Shown one piece after another: positions 61,822 through 64,000 of a stretch of DNA of 64,000 bases. A program made the translations under genes and the position numbers. Below the pieces are notes generated by a model that searched no databases, was not told the origin of the DNA, and saw only the letters and a program-made list of their open reading frames with translations. Source of the stretch: Vulcanimicrobiota bacterium (GTDB lineage Bacteria; Vulcanimicrobiota; Vulcanimicrobiia; Vulcanimicrobiales; Vulcanimicrobiaceae); contig OY970223.1 of NCBI GenBank assembly GCA_963714015.1, positions 2,912,001-2,976,000 on the forward strand. The letters are read 5' to 3'. Numbering within the stretch: position 1 is the stretch's first letter; every line of letters starts with the position of its first letter.

Positions 61822-63085
61822 GTTCGGCCGGCGCACTGCGCGGGCTGACGCGGGAACAGCGTAACGCTTTTCTCGCAGAGCTTCCTGGGTTGGACGCTCG
61901 ATGCGTTCGACTACTTCCTCGTCGTGGTCGTGCTGCGCCACGTCGCGAGCGATCTCAAGAGCTCGTTTCTGGTAGCGTCGGTTGCCGTAACGCTGACGCT
62001 TGCGCTGCGTCCGCTGGGTGCGCTGATATTCGGCTGGTTCGCGGATCGCTGCGGCCGCCGGGTGCCGCTGATGATCGACATCGGCCTTTACTCAGTGCTG
62101 GAGCTGGCTACGGCGTTCTCTCCGAATATCACCGTATTTATTTTGCTCCGAGCGCTTTTCGGCGTCGCCATGGGCGGCGAGTGGGGACTGGGCGCGGCAC
62201 TTGCCATGGAATCCCTGCCCATCGAAAAGCGCGGGCTCTATTCCGGAATTCTGCAGGAGGGTTACGCACTCGGCAACTTGCTGGCGGGCGTCGTCTTCGG
62301 GCTGCTGTTCGTTCACATCGGCTGGCGAGGCATGTTTGCGATCGGCGTGATTCCGGCGCTGCTCATTCTTTACATCCGCTCGCGCGTTCCGGAGTCGCCG
62401 GTCTGGCTGCAGGGCCGCAGCTCGCGTTCCACTCCGAAACCCCGCGCGCTTCTGGCTGCCGTCAGCTGCAAAGTGGCCGCTGTTCCTTTATGCGGTCTTC
62501 TTCATGGCGGCGTTCAATTTCATGTCGCACGGAACTCAGGATCCGTACGTGAGCGCGTTCTTGGACGGTCAGCATCATTTTGCGCCCGCGCTCTCGGGAA
62601 CGATCAACTCCGTCGCCTCTATCGGCGCAATCTGCGGCGGCATCTTCTTCGGCTGGATCTCGCAACGTTTCGGCCGGCGCCTCACCATCGTTCTTTGCGC
62701 GATCCTCGGGCTGCTGTTCGTTCCGCTATGGGCGTTCAGTCAGACCATCATGCTGCTTGCAGCCGGCGGTTTTTTGATGCAGGTTGCGGTGCAAGGCGCG
62801 TGGGGAATCATTCCCGCGCATTTGAACGAAATCTCGCCGGACGAGATACGCGGCACCTTTCCCGGATTTACGTACCAATTAGGCAATTTGATTGCCTCGG
62901 GCACGCTGACGATCATTGCGGCGCTGGCGACCTCGAAGTTCGGTACGGCGCACGCGCCGAACTATGCCGCGGCAATGGCAGCATTTGCGATTGGGACGTT
63001 TCTTCTGGTCATAATTCTGACATTGCTAGGTTTCAAAGTCGTTCCCGAAGCTCGGGAACGCCGGCTCGGCGCGCAGGAAACGTAA
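61818..63085 (+). CDS. MFS transporter, SHS family (NanT/JEN-like); +1 frameshifts near 61878 and 62464
   Basis: FLGWTLDAFDYF, MGGEWG, LQEGY, SHGTQD, WGIIPAHLNE, YQLGN. Confidence 0.85.
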
Positions 63086-63136
63086 GCAACCCGTTTTCCT
63101 AAGAAACATTTCGTTGCGCGCGCTCGTACAAGCGAT

Positions 63137-64000
63137 ATGACCTTCGCATCCCGTACGGTAACGGCACTTGCCGTGAGCTTTGCGCTGTTCCTCGCTTCTG
63201 CCGGGCAAGTGTTTGCCGTGGCGCGAGCTTTCTCGGCGGCCGTACCCTTGCTGCCCGCGGCCCCGCACATGGACGGCGCCATCGACGACAGCTGGGCAAA
63301 AGCGGTGCAGCTGCCCGTCGCTTTCGATTTTACGTATTTGCGCCCGGGAGAACCGGCGACGGTCTACGTGGCGCAGGATCCGCGCGGTATCGACTTGGCG
63401 TTCGACGTGACCCAGCGCGAACCGATTACCGCATCGCAGAACACGAACGGTGCCGGCGTGCTCAACGACGACAACGTCACCGTAGTGTTTTGGCCGCAAG
63501 GGACGCACGGTTTCGAGTACTCGTTCTCCGCCAATTCTCTTGGCGCCCGCGATCAGAGTTCCAGCGAGAATTCCGCTTACTCCCCGCAGTGGACCGCCGC
63601 GGCAAGGCGTACGCCCGGTGGGTACGTCGTCACGATGCACATTCCGTTCGACATCATGCGCAATGGAGGGTCCCACGATTGGAGCGTGCAGTTCGAACGG
63701 ACGACGGCGGCCACCAACAGCAACGACGTTTGGGAGCATGTTGCGGGGCAGCGCAACTCACAGGATCCGGCGAATGCGGGCGTGCTGACGGGAATCGCGG
63801 CAACGACGCAAGCCGCCGCAATCAAACCGCAGCCTCGTGTGCAGATATACAGCCTGGGCGAAATGACGCCGGGATCCAACGGCGGCGACACCTCACGCAT
63901 CGGTGCGGATCTCTCACTCCCCGTGACGCCGACCTCGTCTTTTATCGCAACGCTTCATCCGGATTACTCGAACGTCGAGGTCGATCAGCAGACGATCGCT
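63137..64000 (+). CDS. Secreted CBM9-like / DUF5916-like protein, truncated by window end (not in ORF track)
   Basis: Open frame from ATG 63137: signal peptide, MDGAIDDSW, TMHIPF, HPDYSNVEVD. Confidence 0.75.
   Translation, partial: MTFASRTVTALAVSFALFLASAGQVFAVARAFSAAVPLLPAAPHMDGAIDDSWAKAVQLPVAFDFTYLRPGEPATVYVAQDPRGIDLAFDVTQREPITASQNTNGAGVLNDDNVTVVFWPQGTHGFEYSFSANSLGARDQSSSENSAYSPQWTAAARRTPGGYVVTMHIPFDIMRNGGSHDWSVQFERTTAATNSNDVWEHVAGQRNSQDPANAGVLTGIAATTQAAAIKPQPRVQIYSLGEMTPGSNGGDTSRIGADLSLPVTPTSSFIATLHPDYSNVEVDQQTIA

Noticed and set aside
60444..62552. 702-aa ORF suggesting a lipoprotein-MFS fusion
   Set aside because: Chimera of a thrS off-frame region, the lipoprotein and the MFS start, joined by +1 indels

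Overview
GC-rich bacterial chromosomal segment. Pro/Thr-rich lipoproteins, TonB C-terminal domains and Firmicutes-like recG-rsmD-coaD-ylbL and hemE-hemH-hemY synteny suggest a diderm soil lineage such as Eremiobacterota/Vulcanimicrobiota (inference, not verified). Most of the window is housekeeping or metabolic (phoU, hbd/crt-like, thiolase, coaD, rsmD, recG, panE, heme genes, mqo, TopIB, ispH, galK, thrS), with six tRNA genes. About a dozen genes are broken by apparent +1 insertions, most likely long-read errors. Main highlights: (1) two tiny integrase-free cassettes, each bounded by a duplicated tRNA 3' end (tRNA-Asp, about 0.93 kb; tRNA-Val, about 0.47 kb once an IS3 with a 4-bp target duplication is removed), lying either side of a topoisomerase IB gene; (2) a complete unannotated leader-peptide attenuator controlling a 64-aa orphan gene; (3) an almost fully base-paired 185-nt intergenic element at 12.9-13.1 kb; (4) a BlaI/BlaR1-TonB module with a perfect palindromic operator; (5) small proteins missed by the ORF track.
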